Positions 12,001-20,163 of a stretch of 32,000 nt of DNA are shown here, one piece after another. The translations under genes were made by a program, and so were the position numbers. Each line of letters begins with the position of its first letter. Position 1 is the stretch's first letter. The notes beneath the pieces were generated by a model. That model was not told the origin of the DNA. It made no database searches and worked only from the letters and a program-made list of their open reading frames with translations. Origin of the DNA: Acaryochloris marina MBIC11017 (GTDB lineage: Bacteria > Cyanobacteriota > Cyanobacteriia > Thermosynechococcales > Thermosynechococcaceae); assembly GCF_000018105.1 (NCBI RefSeq), contig NC_009925.1:1230001-1262000 (forward strand), read 5' to 3'.

Positions 12001-12612
12001 CCCCAGGCAATTTATGGTTACTTCCCCTGCCTAGCTGAAGAAAACTCCCTCCATATTTATGATCCAAAAGTGGCGGAGAACCCCGGCGATACCTTACCTG
12101 AACCTGTCACCACCTTTACCTTCCCTCGTCAGAAGTCAATGCGGCGGCTGTGTATTGCCGACTTCTTTTTACCTAAGGAACAAGGCATTGCTCAGAAACG
12201 GTTTGATGTCTTTCCCATGCAGGCGGTCACAGTGGGAGACATTGCCACGGAGTTTGCCCAAAAGCTGTTTGCAGGTGACGAATACACTGAATATCTCTAC
12301 TTCCACGGTTTAGCCGTCCAAACGGCGGAGGCCATCGCGGAATGGACCCATGCTCGCATTCGGCGGGAGTTGGGTTATGGCGAGAGTGAACCGGACAATA
12401 TCCGAGATATGCTGGCTCAACGTTACCAAGGTTCTCGCTATAGTTTTGGTTACCCGGCTTGTCCAAATATGCAGGACCAATACAAACAGCTTGACCTACT
12501 GCAAACGGATCGGATTAATTTGCATATGGATGAGAGCGAACAGCTCTATCCTGAGCAATCCACCACAGCCATTATGGTTTATCACCCCGTTGCTAAGTAC
12601 TTCAGCGCTTAG
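9016..12612 (+). CDS. metH: Cobalamin-dependent methionine synthase
   Basis: The track ORF starts at a TTG at 8959. The ATG at 9016 ([25 protein letters not shown]) is the more likely start. All modules are visible:
- Hcy-binding: IGGCCGT.
- Pterin-binding domain.
- B12-binding: [22 protein letters not shown].
- AdoMet-activation domain: [10 protein letters not shown]. Confidence 0.95.
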   Translation: MKSVFLDRLHSPERPVIVFDGAMGTSLQMQNLTAEDFGGPEYEGCNEYLIQTKPGAVATVHRNFLKAGADVIETDTFGATSIVLAEYDLADQAYELNKAAAELAKQVTAEFSTPEKPRFVAGSMGPGTKLPTLGHIDFDTLKAAYVEQAQGLYDGGADLLLVETCQDVLQIKAALNAIEVVFAEKGARLPLMVSVTVENFGTMLVGSEIGAALTVLEPYPIDILGLNCATGPDLMKEHIKYLSEQSPFIVSCIPNAGLPENVGGQAHYLLTPMELRMALMHFIEDLGVQVIGGCCGTRPDHIQQLAEMSQDLKPKAREIGSRQSLPPYAPLPFVPAAASIMTTQSYDQDNSFLIVGERLNASGSKKCRETLNAEDWDGLVSLARSQVKEGAHVLDVNVDYVGRDGERDMRELASRLVNTVSLPLMLDSTEWTKMEAGLKVAGGKCILNSTNYEDGEERFYKVLELAKTYGAGVVVGTIDEDGMARTAEKKFEIAKRAYDDAINYGIPAYEIFFDPLALPASTGIEEDRNNANATISAIWQIRDELPGCHIILGVSNVSFGLNPAARVTLNSVFLHEAMAVGMDAAIVSASKILPLAKIEEEHKQVCLDLIYDRRQFDGEVCTYDPLTKLTTLFEGKTTKRDRSVDTSLPVEERLKNHIIDGERIGLEEQLDIALKDHAPLAIINTFLLDGMKVVGELFGSGQMQLPFVLQSAQTMKAAVAYLEPMMDKEEADDSGKGTVVIATVKGDVHDIGKNLVDIILSNNGYQVINLGIKQPVDTIIAAYREHNADCIAMSGLLVKSTAFMKDNLETFNQEGITVPVILGGAALTPKFVNQDCQNTYNGQVIYGKDAFADLHFMDKLMPAKTEGQWDNLKGFLNEQDEVPESVSTNGSQPQENAAEAATAAMPVDTRRSEAVDIDIERPTPPFWGTTILQPEDLPFDELFWHLDLQALIAGQWQFRKPKDQSREDYDAFLDQKVYPILNQWKQRIVAEKLLHPQAIYGYFPCLAEENSLHIYDPKVAENPGDTLPEPVTTFTFPRQKSMRRLCIADFFLPKEQGIAQKRFDVFPMQAVTVGDIATEFAQKLFAGDEYTEYLYFHGLAVQTAEAIAEWTHARIRRELGYGESEPDNIRDMLAQRYQGSRYSFGYPACPNMQDQYKQLDLLQTDRINLHMDESEQLYPEQSTTAIMVYHPVAKYFSA

Positions 12613-12650
12613 ACTCTATACCTGAATCAATCTCATCAAGGAACTAAAGT

Positions 12651-13118
12651 TTGATTGAGTTAGAACAACCCGCCTGGTTTTATCATGGCTGGATTGAAGG
12701 GGATTTACCCTGGAACCAAGGCAAGCAAATGAGCTTCGATCAATTTCATTCGAAGTACACTTTGCATGACTCTATCTGGCTTGGGATGTTTTATGACATT
12801 GCATTTGAACAAACTTTATCCTTGGCTATTCATTGGGATGCCATCTGGCTTCCTGATGAGATTTACCAAAGTTCAAGTACAGTTCGCGATTGGCCTTATT
12901 TATTCATTCGCATCGAACAAGCTCACTCAGTCACAACAGATAATTATGGCGATTTGAAAGATATGCAGCGATCTATTGCCACATCAGAAAACATCGTGGT
13001 TTCTGATCAGAACTTGCTAGCCATTGATGATGTTTCTGGTGGAAAGCTCAGTATCACCTATAAAGGACCTGTGACTTTTCTGGCAATCGACCCAGCAAAA
13101 AGAGTTGTATCGATTTAA
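12651..13118 (+). CDS. Hypothetical protein (no recognisable motif)
   Basis: 155-aa ORF with a TTG start, 38 nt after the metH stop. An alternative ATG lies at 12729 (MSFDQF...). GC is about 42% on a hand-counted line, lower than metH. I recognised no family signature. Confidence 0.4.
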   Translation: MIELEQPAWFYHGWIEGDLPWNQGKQMSFDQFHSKYTLHDSIWLGMFYDIAFEQTLSLAIHWDAIWLPDEIYQSSSTVRDWPYLFIRIEQAHSVTTDNYGDLKDMQRSIATSENIVVSDQNLLAIDDVSGGKLSITYKGPVTFLAIDPAKRVVSI

Positions 13119-13219
13119 CACCACCTCACTTTTCTCGTTTATTCAACAATTCTTTTAGTACTAAGGGTTGAAAGGACTTACCCCCAAACTTTTCAGACGG
13201 TGTAAGAAAATCGCTGAGA

Positions 13220-13903
13220 TCATTGCGGTTTAGGTGCATGGGCCTCAACCCAAGTTTTTAGCTCCCTATAAGCGGGTGTCTCTCCTACCGTTTTGCATTG
13301 CTGAAGAAAATGGTAGAACCGTTCTAGCGTCACCCAGGGAAAGGTGGGACTGACGGGAGCATCCTGATATTGTCCTTGCTCTAACTGATAAATTCTCAAT
13401 ATCTGGCCATCAAAGCGCCACAGTTCAGGGACTCCCAGTTGGGCATAGAGGTCGTTTTTGTTGATGTCCGTATGACTAATGTCTACTTCCACCACTAGGT
13501 CAGGGGGTGGGTCAACATCGAGATCGACCGTTCGCCCTCGGACCACCGATTCATTCTGGATGTAATAGCATCGATCCGGCTCAGCCCCTTTAAGAAGCTC
13601 CTTTCGTCTGAGGGTGGTGGAGGCCATTCCTTTAATGTTTTGGCCAGATTCAAAAGCCAAGGTGCGAATAAAAACCCCAATTACATCACTGGGGTTTTCG
13701 TGAGCTTCTAGGGGGACCATAAGCTCTAGGACTCCAGCACTATAGTGAAGCCGCACCGCTCGATGTTCACCAAAGGCAGCCAGAATGTTCTCATAGGTTT
13801 TCCAGTCAATATTATTTAAGGTGAGGCGTTGCTCAGCGGGCAAGGTTTTTGGAATTTTGACAACAGGCTGCTGAGTTTGCATGATCTCCACCTGAACGTT
13901 CAT
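13220..13903 (-). CDS. Uma2 (DUF820) family putative endonuclease
   Basis: Typical cyanobacterial Uma2 pattern: ...YENILAAFGEHRAVRLHYSAGVLELMVP...EPDRCYYIQN...PPPDLVVEVDISHTD...YAQLGVPELWRF. The track start at 14029 is a TTG. The in-frame ATGs at 13903 or 13882 are more plausible starts. Confidence 0.8.
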   Translation of the reverse strand: MNVQVEIMQTQQPVVKIPKTLPAEQRLTLNNIDWKTYENILAAFGEHRAVRLHYSAGVLELMVPLEAHENPSDVIGVFIRTLAFESGQNIKGMASTTLRRKELLKGAEPDRCYYIQNESVVRGRTVDLDVDPPPDLVVEVDISHTDINKNDLYAQLGVPELWRFDGQILRIYQLEQGQYQDAPVSPTFPWVTLERFYHFLQQCKTVGETPAYRELKTWVEAHAPKPQ

Positions 13904-14124
13904 CCTTCTAGGATAAACGGTGTGATGCTGGAAGTGAGCTGGTATTGAGGTTTTTATCTGACTAATTTTGGAGGGAGAGTGATCAGATGATAAATTAAAC
14001 GGCAGTCTTATTTTTGATTTATTTTGCAAATATTTTGGGTATTAACTTTATTTTTAGAATATTGAGCACATTGACTTGATTGAGTTGAGATAAAGGTCCG
14101 CTGGTAATAATGGATGGGTGATCC

Positions 14125-16122
14125 ATGAAGGCAGAAGAACTGCTTAGTCGATATCGCCAGGGAGAACGCAACTTTGCAGGAGCAAATCTTCGGGGACAGT
14201 CCTTCAAGGGGCAAGTTCTGTCCGAGGTAGATTTTAGCAGGGTGGATATTCGGGGCACGAATTTTAGTGACGCAACACTAGTTAGGGCGACCTTTCATGA
14301 AGCTAAAGCAGGTCTGCAGAAAAGATGGGTAGTGATTTCAGCATTTCTTGCCTGGCTATTTTCAGTTTGTGCAAGTTTCTTACTCGCTTTTAGTGGATAT
14401 GTAATCACTCAAATCTTTGAGGCTGGAAATTTATCAAACAACACCCTTGGCTGGGTAACGCTTGTAGTGCAATTTGTTTGTTATATTCTCATTCTCCGTA
14501 AGGGCATTTCTATCGTATTTGCAAGGGTGATTACTTTTGGGTTTGCAGTTACTTTCATTTTTGGTATCGTCCTTGCTTTAGCTTTCCCCACGATTGGGAC
14601 TAATCAAGGTGTTGCAGTTATTGCTGGAGTTTTTGCTGGAGTTGGAGCTGGATCTTATGCTGTCTTTTTAGCCGGAGTTTTTGCTGGAGCGTGGGCTGTT
14701 GCCCAAGTTATTGGAGCAGGTATCGCTTTAGTAATTGCCGTCATAATATCAATTTTGGGTGCTGGAGCTGGAGCCATCAACTCTGAAACGGGAACTATAG
14801 CTGCTAGGGTGTCTGTTGGAATCTCTATTGCTTGTGTTCTAGCTAGCGCCTATATTGGTTGGCAGTCGCTAAAGGGTGACCTCAAGTACACCCTTATTAA
14901 ATCTGCGGCCATTGCCTTTGCTACTTGGGGGGGGACAAGCTTTAGGGGAGCAGACCTTACAAACGCTGACTTTAACCAAGCCTGCCTCGACAGCACAGAC
15001 TTCAGAGAGGCCACCATAACCCGTACCTCTTGGCTGCATACTCGCCTCCTTGAACGCATCCGCCCAGGCGACTCTTTCCTCAGCAACCCCAAAATTTGTA
15101 CCTTGGTGCAAACTGGCGAGGGTAAAGATATCGATTTAACCCATCTCAATCTCCGGGGTATCAATCTGGCTAATGCCCAGCTCGAAAATGCCTGTTTCAG
15201 AGCTGCCGATCTGAGCGAATCTTCCCTAGCAGATGCAAACCTAACCCGAGCCAATCTCGTTCAAACCCAGCTCAGCCAAACCGATTTATCAGGGGCCACC
15301 CTTACCGGAGCTACCATCGAGGACTGGGGTATTACCGGGAACACCAACCTCCAGGGAGTCCACTGTGAATACGTTTATATGCGCTGGGTCCGCGAAGGTG
15401 CCCCCGACCCAAACCCCCGCCGTAAACCCGATAACTACGAAGAAACCTTTGCCGATGGCGAATTTAGTGACTTTATTAAGCCCATCGTCGATACCCTAGA
15501 CCTCTACCACAACCAAAACGTCGATCCCCACACTATCGCCATAGCATTTAAGCAATTTGTTGAAAATAACCCAGATGCAGAAATACAGATTGCATCCATA
15601 GAGGCAAAAGGAGCAGGCAACTTATTATTACGGACCAAGACAGCTTCCACAGCTGACCACTCTAAACTCAACAAGGAATATTTTGAAACACTGAATTATA
15701 CAAAGACTCTTAGTCCTGGAGCCAGAATGCTACTGGCTGCGAAGGAGAGGGAAATTAACAGACTCTCAACCATGTTCAATAATTTTATGGAAAGTGCTAT
15801 GGACAGAATTAACACTGTCAATATCAATGCTGGTGGCGATATCAGTGGCATTATAAATTTTGGGGAAATTGCTGGTGACTTAAACAACAGTATTCAACAA
15901 CTTCCCACCTCCAGTGACAGTACCCAACCTAACCTCAAAGATTTACTCAACCAGCTCCAAACCGCCATTGCCGAAGAACCCGAGCTGGACGATACTGAGA
16001 AAGCCGCCGCCTTCGCCCAAGTCAAGAAACTTGCCGAAGCAGGCCAAGCCCCTCAAGACAGCCGAATGAAGCAGCTAGCTACCAAAGCCACTGGTTTCTC
16101 AAGGGCATCGCTGGGAGTTTAA
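14125..16122 (+). CDS. Membrane-embedded pentapeptide-repeat protein (N-terminal pentapeptide repeats, a Gly/Ala-rich multi-TM block, a second pentapeptide block, and a C-terminal conserved region)
   Basis: Visible elements:
- A(D/N)LxG-type repeats: NFAGANLRGQSFKGQVLSEVDFSRVDIRGTNFSDATL, and later ANLANAQLENACFRAADLSESSLADANLTRANLVQTQLSQTDLSGATLTGA.
- About 6-7 hydrophobic helices between roughly aa 68 and 250.
The C-terminus appears truncated by a 1-nt frame problem (see findings). Confidence 0.85.
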   Translation: MKAEELLSRYRQGERNFAGANLRGQSFKGQVLSEVDFSRVDIRGTNFSDATLVRATFHEAKAGLQKRWVVISAFLAWLFSVCASFLLAFSGYVITQIFEAGNLSNNTLGWVTLVVQFVCYILILRKGISIVFARVITFGFAVTFIFGIVLALAFPTIGTNQGVAVIAGVFAGVGAGSYAVFLAGVFAGAWAVAQVIGAGIALVIAVIISILGAGAGAINSETGTIAARVSVGISIACVLASAYIGWQSLKGDLKYTLIKSAAIAFATWGGTSFRGADLTNADFNQACLDSTDFREATITRTSWLHTRLLERIRPGDSFLSNPKICTLVQTGEGKDIDLTHLNLRGINLANAQLENACFRAADLSESSLADANLTRANLVQTQLSQTDLSGATLTGATIEDWGITGNTNLQGVHCEYVYMRWVREGAPDPNPRRKPDNYEETFADGEFSDFIKPIVDTLDLYHNQNVDPHTIAIAFKQFVENNPDAEIQIASIEAKGAGNLLLRTKTASTADHSKLNKEYFETLNYTKTLSPGARMLLAAKEREINRLSTMFNNFMESAMDRINTVNINAGGDISGIINFGEIAGDLNNSIQQLPTSSDSTQPNLKDLLNQLQTAIAEEPELDDTEKAAAFAQVKKLAEAGQAPQDSRMKQLATKATGFSRASLGV

Positions 16123-16175
16123 CCACGGGTGCAAAACTCGTCACCGCCTGGGATAAAGTGGGTCCTGCGATTATG

Positions 16176-16898
16176 TCAGTTTTTGGTTTGTTTTGATGCC
16201 ATTTCTGTTTTAAGTGCTGCCGGTTGATCGGTGATGATATTGTCTACCCCATGTTCAATCATCCGCTGCATATCAGCAGGCTGATTGACCGTCCAGACAT
16301 GAATGGCTTTTCCTTCTGCATGGGCCTGTTTGACTCGTTCTGATGTGGCCAGGGTGAAGTGAAGTGAATAAAAATCGACCTCGAGATCAGGATACTCAGG
16401 TCGAGAAGGGGGAATGACTGGGCCAATCGTCAACCCAGGGTCTAGCGTTCGGACCTGCCGCAGGGTATCAAAGTCGAGGGAGGAAACCACACAGTTTTGC
16501 TGCCAATTTTTTTGGTGGATTAGTTCGACCACCTGGCTAACAAGTTCTTGTTCATGGCCATGGCATTTCAGCTCCAGGTTTAACTTAATTCTGTCCTTAG
16601 CCAAATCCATCACTGAGGCCAGGGAAGGGATTCGAGTCTGCTTAAACGCCTCCCCAAACCACTGACCGACATCTAGGTTTGCCAGTTCAGAGGTAGTTAG
16701 GTTCCAGAGGTTGCGATCGCAACCCGCAAGACGCAACAAATGACTATCATGAATCACCACCAACCCATGATCTTTGGTCTCTTGGACATCCAGTTCAATA
16801 AAATCAGCCTGGTGCTCAATCGCTAGCTCAAAAGCAGGAATCGTATTTTCCGGAGCCAACTGAGAATAGCCGCGGTGAGCCGTAATTTGGGGCACCAT
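16176..16898 (-). CDS. Glycerophosphodiester phosphodiesterase (GDPD family)
   Basis: 240 aa with N-terminal ITAHRGYSQLAPENTIPAF...FIELDVQETKDHGLVVIHD, the HR...E(N)T...E.D catalytic pattern. It starts 32 nt downstream of the GGDEF-EAL gene on the same strand, so the two probably form an operon. Confidence 0.88.
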   Translation of the reverse strand: MVPQITAHRGYSQLAPENTIPAFELAIEHQADFIELDVQETKDHGLVVIHDSHLLRLAGCDRNLWNLTTSELANLDVGQWFGEAFKQTRIPSLASVMDLAKDRIKLNLELKCHGHEQELVSQVVELIHQKNWQQNCVVSSLDFDTLRQVRTLDPGLTIGPVIPPSRPEYPDLEVDFYSLHFTLATSERVKQAHAEGKAIHVWTVNQPADMQRMIEHGVDNIITDQPAALKTEMASKQTKN

Positions 16899-16930
16899 TC
16901 TTAAATTGCAGGTAATTTCTGAGTCTGAAT

Positions 16931-19606
16931 TTACCCCAAATGCAAAGGATTAGCATCTAAATGTGCTAGATGAGTCAAACGATTAAGCTTCAGAATTTTT
17001 GAGATGGAATCTGGGCTAACCGGTTTGCTCAGCAAATATCCCTGAGCTGTTTCACAGCCAAACTGTTGCAGCATTTGATACTGCTCTACAGTCTCTACAC
17101 CTTCGGCAATAATTTCATGATCCAGATTGTGGCCCATATCAATCATGGCAGCAATTAAAGTCTGTGATTTCCGGTCAACCAACATATCATCAATAAAATA
17201 TTTGTCGATTTTTAGACAATCCACCGTCAAGTGTTTAAGAGAAGCAAACGAAGAATAGCCTTTGCCAAAATCGTCGATGGCTAGCAGGACACCCAGATCT
17301 TTTAATTCTCGGAAAATCGAGAGATTTTGCTGATCGGTTTGCACCACACTCTCCGTTACTTCCAGCTTTAGTTCCGTCGGCACCATACCTGTTTCCTCCA
17401 GAACATACTGAATCAAAGACACAAAATACTTATCCAGGAATTGGGCTGGGGAGATATTCACAGCCATCCGGATAGGAGGCAAGCCAGCTCTTTTCCATGC
17501 AACGGCTTGATTACAGGCAGCTTTCAAGACCCATTCTGTCAGGGGCTTCATCATCCCTATTCTTTCGGCTGTGGCAATAAATTCCGTTGGTAAAACCTCC
17601 CCCAGTTGGGGATGGTGCCAACGGCACAAAGCCTCAACCCCAATAATATTGCCGGAAAAGAGCTCAACCTGGGGTTGGTACACCAAGGACAATTGCTGTT
17701 TTTCGACCGCCTCCCTTAAATTTTGCTCTACACGGAACCGATATTCCGCTTGCTCAGTCAGCTGTGGTTGATAGAAGGCATACCGATTTTTTCCGCGCTC
17801 CTTCGCCGCATACAGGGACGTATCCGCCGCTTTGATTAAGGTTGACAGCTCCCGACCGTCATCAGGATAGTGGGCAATCCCAATACTGCACGCAGGCGTA
17901 AACTTCCGCGCCGATAGCTCAATGGACTGGGATACCTCTTCGAGACAACGTTGGGCGACAGTAGAGGCCGCATAGTCATCGTCAACATCCGTTACTAAAA
18001 TACAGAATTCATCCCCACTGAGGCGGGCGACAAAATCAATATCACGAGCGACTCGCTGCAACCGATGCCCAATTTCTCTGAGCAGCAAGTCACCAGCATC
18101 ATGCCCCAGACTGTCGTTCACGCCCTTGAAGTTATCTAAGTCAATATAGAGCAGGCCCAAACGAGATGCATTGCGGTCAGAGCGCTTAATGGCAACCTCA
18201 AGATTCTGATAAAAGTGAGCACGACTGGCCAGCCCCGTTAAGCTATCGTTAAAAGCTAATTCTCGAATCTTTTTCTGGGCCTGGTCCCGTTCCATCACAA
18301 TCCCAGCCAACCTTGCCGCCGATTTCAGATCATTGGACTCCAATTCATTAGGCAAAGCGGGGTGGTTATAATACATGCCAAATGCACCCAAGACGATACC
18401 TGACGAATTCTTAATTGGTTCAGACCAGCAGCAACGCATACCATGGGGAAGGGCGACATGTTTGATCTTGGCCCATTTGGGATCCGTTTCAATATTCTCA
18501 ACCAACACCCGCTTGCCAGTATAGGTGGACGTGCCACAGGAGCCCACATTAGGGCCGTTTTGCAAACCATGAACCGCATCACAGTATTCCTTCGGCAGAC
18601 TGGGAGCTCCACCATGCATCAGTCGACCATCTTGAAGCTCCAGCATTGAACAACGCATACCAGGATGGCGAGATTCATACATTAAGGCAATTTCATCATA
18701 GATTTTTGTGGCTGGTTTTCCGGTCGCAATCATCTCCAGAATTTCAGCATTTTTATCGTCAAAGGCTTCAGCTTTTTTACGAGCTGTGATGTCAACATGG
18801 GTCCCGACTAGACGAACAGCCTTACCATCTGTAGCCCGATGCACCAGGAATGCCCGAGAGAGCACATATATCTCATGGCCCGCTTTGTGCTGCATCCGCA
18901 TTTCAACATCAAACGCATCAGATTTGCCATCCAGGTAATCTTCAACCAGTGCCAGGGCCTTCTTTTTATCATCTGGGTGAACTAGGTTTTCCCAAGTGCT
19001 TAAATCATGAGCAAGTTCATCATTCTCATAACCCAGCATGCTTTTCCAGCGAGGTGAATAATAAACTTCATCTGTTTCCAAATTCCAGTCCCACAGGCCA
19101 TCATTAGCTCCGCGCATCGCTAACAAAAACCGTTCCTCACTCTGTTGTAATTTCTCTTCTGACTCTCTACGAGTCGTAATATTGTGGCCAATACCCAGTA
19201 ATCCAATCAGTTCTCCCTGAGCATCTTGAATGGGAACCCTGCTGATTTCCAGAAGTTCACTGTGTCCGTCACTAGCAAAAGTTGTCCATTTCTCTAATAC
19301 GGATGGGTATCCTTGAAGTATGACCTCCGTATCGTGCCTCCGAGATAAATCGGCCAACCGAGCATCCACTAAATCGTGGTCGGTTTTACCTACGATTTCT
19401 TGCTCAGGAAATCCAACAAAATCCTCGAAACGATTATTGCAGGCTAGATATACTCCATCAATATTCTTTAACCAGACAAGATCAGGCAAGTTGCGAATAA
19501 TTGTTTTGTAAAAGCCAATCCCTTTTTCGAGATCTTTTGGAATTTTTTCTTGACTAAAAGTCTCTGTAAAGTCTACAGCTAAAGACGATTGAATCTCGCA
19601 TTGCAT
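16931..19606 (-). CDS. Multidomain c-di-GMP signalling protein: PAS-PAS-GAF-GGDEF-EAL
   Basis: 891 aa. Visible elements:
- PAS-like blocks: DLVWLKNIDGVYLACNNRF and GLWDWNLETDEVYYSPRWKSMLGY.
- A GAF-like middle region.
- A GGDEF domain with an SGDEF variant, and RDID five residues upstream (I-site RxxD).
- EAL domain motifs: EALCRW, DDFGKGYSS, EGVET. Confidence 0.9.
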   Translation of the reverse strand: MQCEIQSSLAVDFTETFSQEKIPKDLEKGIGFYKTIIRNLPDLVWLKNIDGVYLACNNRFEDFVGFPEQEIVGKTDHDLVDARLADLSRRHDTEVILQGYPSVLEKWTTFASDGHSELLEISRVPIQDAQGELIGLLGIGHNITTRRESEEKLQQSEERFLLAMRGANDGLWDWNLETDEVYYSPRWKSMLGYENDELAHDLSTWENLVHPDDKKKALALVEDYLDGKSDAFDVEMRMQHKAGHEIYVLSRAFLVHRATDGKAVRLVGTHVDITARKKAEAFDDKNAEILEMIATGKPATKIYDEIALMYESRHPGMRCSMLELQDGRLMHGGAPSLPKEYCDAVHGLQNGPNVGSCGTSTYTGKRVLVENIETDPKWAKIKHVALPHGMRCCWSEPIKNSSGIVLGAFGMYYNHPALPNELESNDLKSAARLAGIVMERDQAQKKIRELAFNDSLTGLASRAHFYQNLEVAIKRSDRNASRLGLLYIDLDNFKGVNDSLGHDAGDLLLREIGHRLQRVARDIDFVARLSGDEFCILVTDVDDDYAASTVAQRCLEEVSQSIELSARKFTPACSIGIAHYPDDGRELSTLIKAADTSLYAAKERGKNRYAFYQPQLTEQAEYRFRVEQNLREAVEKQQLSLVYQPQVELFSGNIIGVEALCRWHHPQLGEVLPTEFIATAERIGMMKPLTEWVLKAACNQAVAWKRAGLPPIRMAVNISPAQFLDKYFVSLIQYVLEETGMVPTELKLEVTESVVQTDQQNLSIFRELKDLGVLLAIDDFGKGYSSFASLKHLTVDCLKIDKYFIDDMLVDRKSQTLIAAMIDMGHNLDHEIIAEGVETVEQYQMLQQFGCETAQGYLLSKPVSPDSISKILKLNRLTHLAHLDANPLHLG

Positions 19607-20163
19607 GACAAGTTGTTATGAGGCTAGGGTAAACACAATTTTTCTATTTCTATATTAAATTTTGAAATTCGGATCAGAATCCGTATTTAGACTGAACTAC
19701 AGTTCTTAGAGCGTCTAGTAACCAGAGGTTTTTTAATAAACCAAGCATCGCCATTAGCAAGATAAAGGCTTGAAATAATTATTATCATCACACGGACTTA
19801 GGCAGCATGTAATCGCCACCACTCACCATGCTCCATCAAAAGCCTTCATGTTCGAAGAATTGGTGTAACCCTTATGGAAACTGGGCAAAGGTCCAAAGTG
19901 TTTAAAGCTTTTGCGTTTCCCAATATCACCACTCTTCAACAGAACCTTGTTTACGGAAGCGAGGAAGCCCCCTGAATAAACTCAGAAATCAGCCATAAGA
20001 GCTATTTTTTATCCATATTTCGAATATTTTTACCTAAAAAAGAAATTTTCCTAAATTAAACCTCACTCAATAACCCTAAACAGCAGCAGATCGATTTCGT
20101 TCCAGTTTTTTGTGCGGTAGCTATGATGGTGGAGATAAAGTTTAAAATCTCACCGCCACATTT

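Noticed and set aside
14008-14258. 68-79 aa minus-strand ORFs between the Uma2 gene and the pentapeptide gene
   Set aside because: They overlap the 5' end of the pentapeptide gene and the AT-rich promoter region. Their composition is Ser/Lys/Ile-rich and not protein-like, and they carry no motifs.
19874-19975. 33-codon plus-strand ORF (METGQRSKVFKAFAFPNITTLQQNLVYGSEEAP) and other tiny ORFs in the 557-bp spacer upstream of the BDLP gene
   Set aside because: There is no RBS, no recognisable motif, and no way to assess conservation here. ORFs this short are expected by chance.
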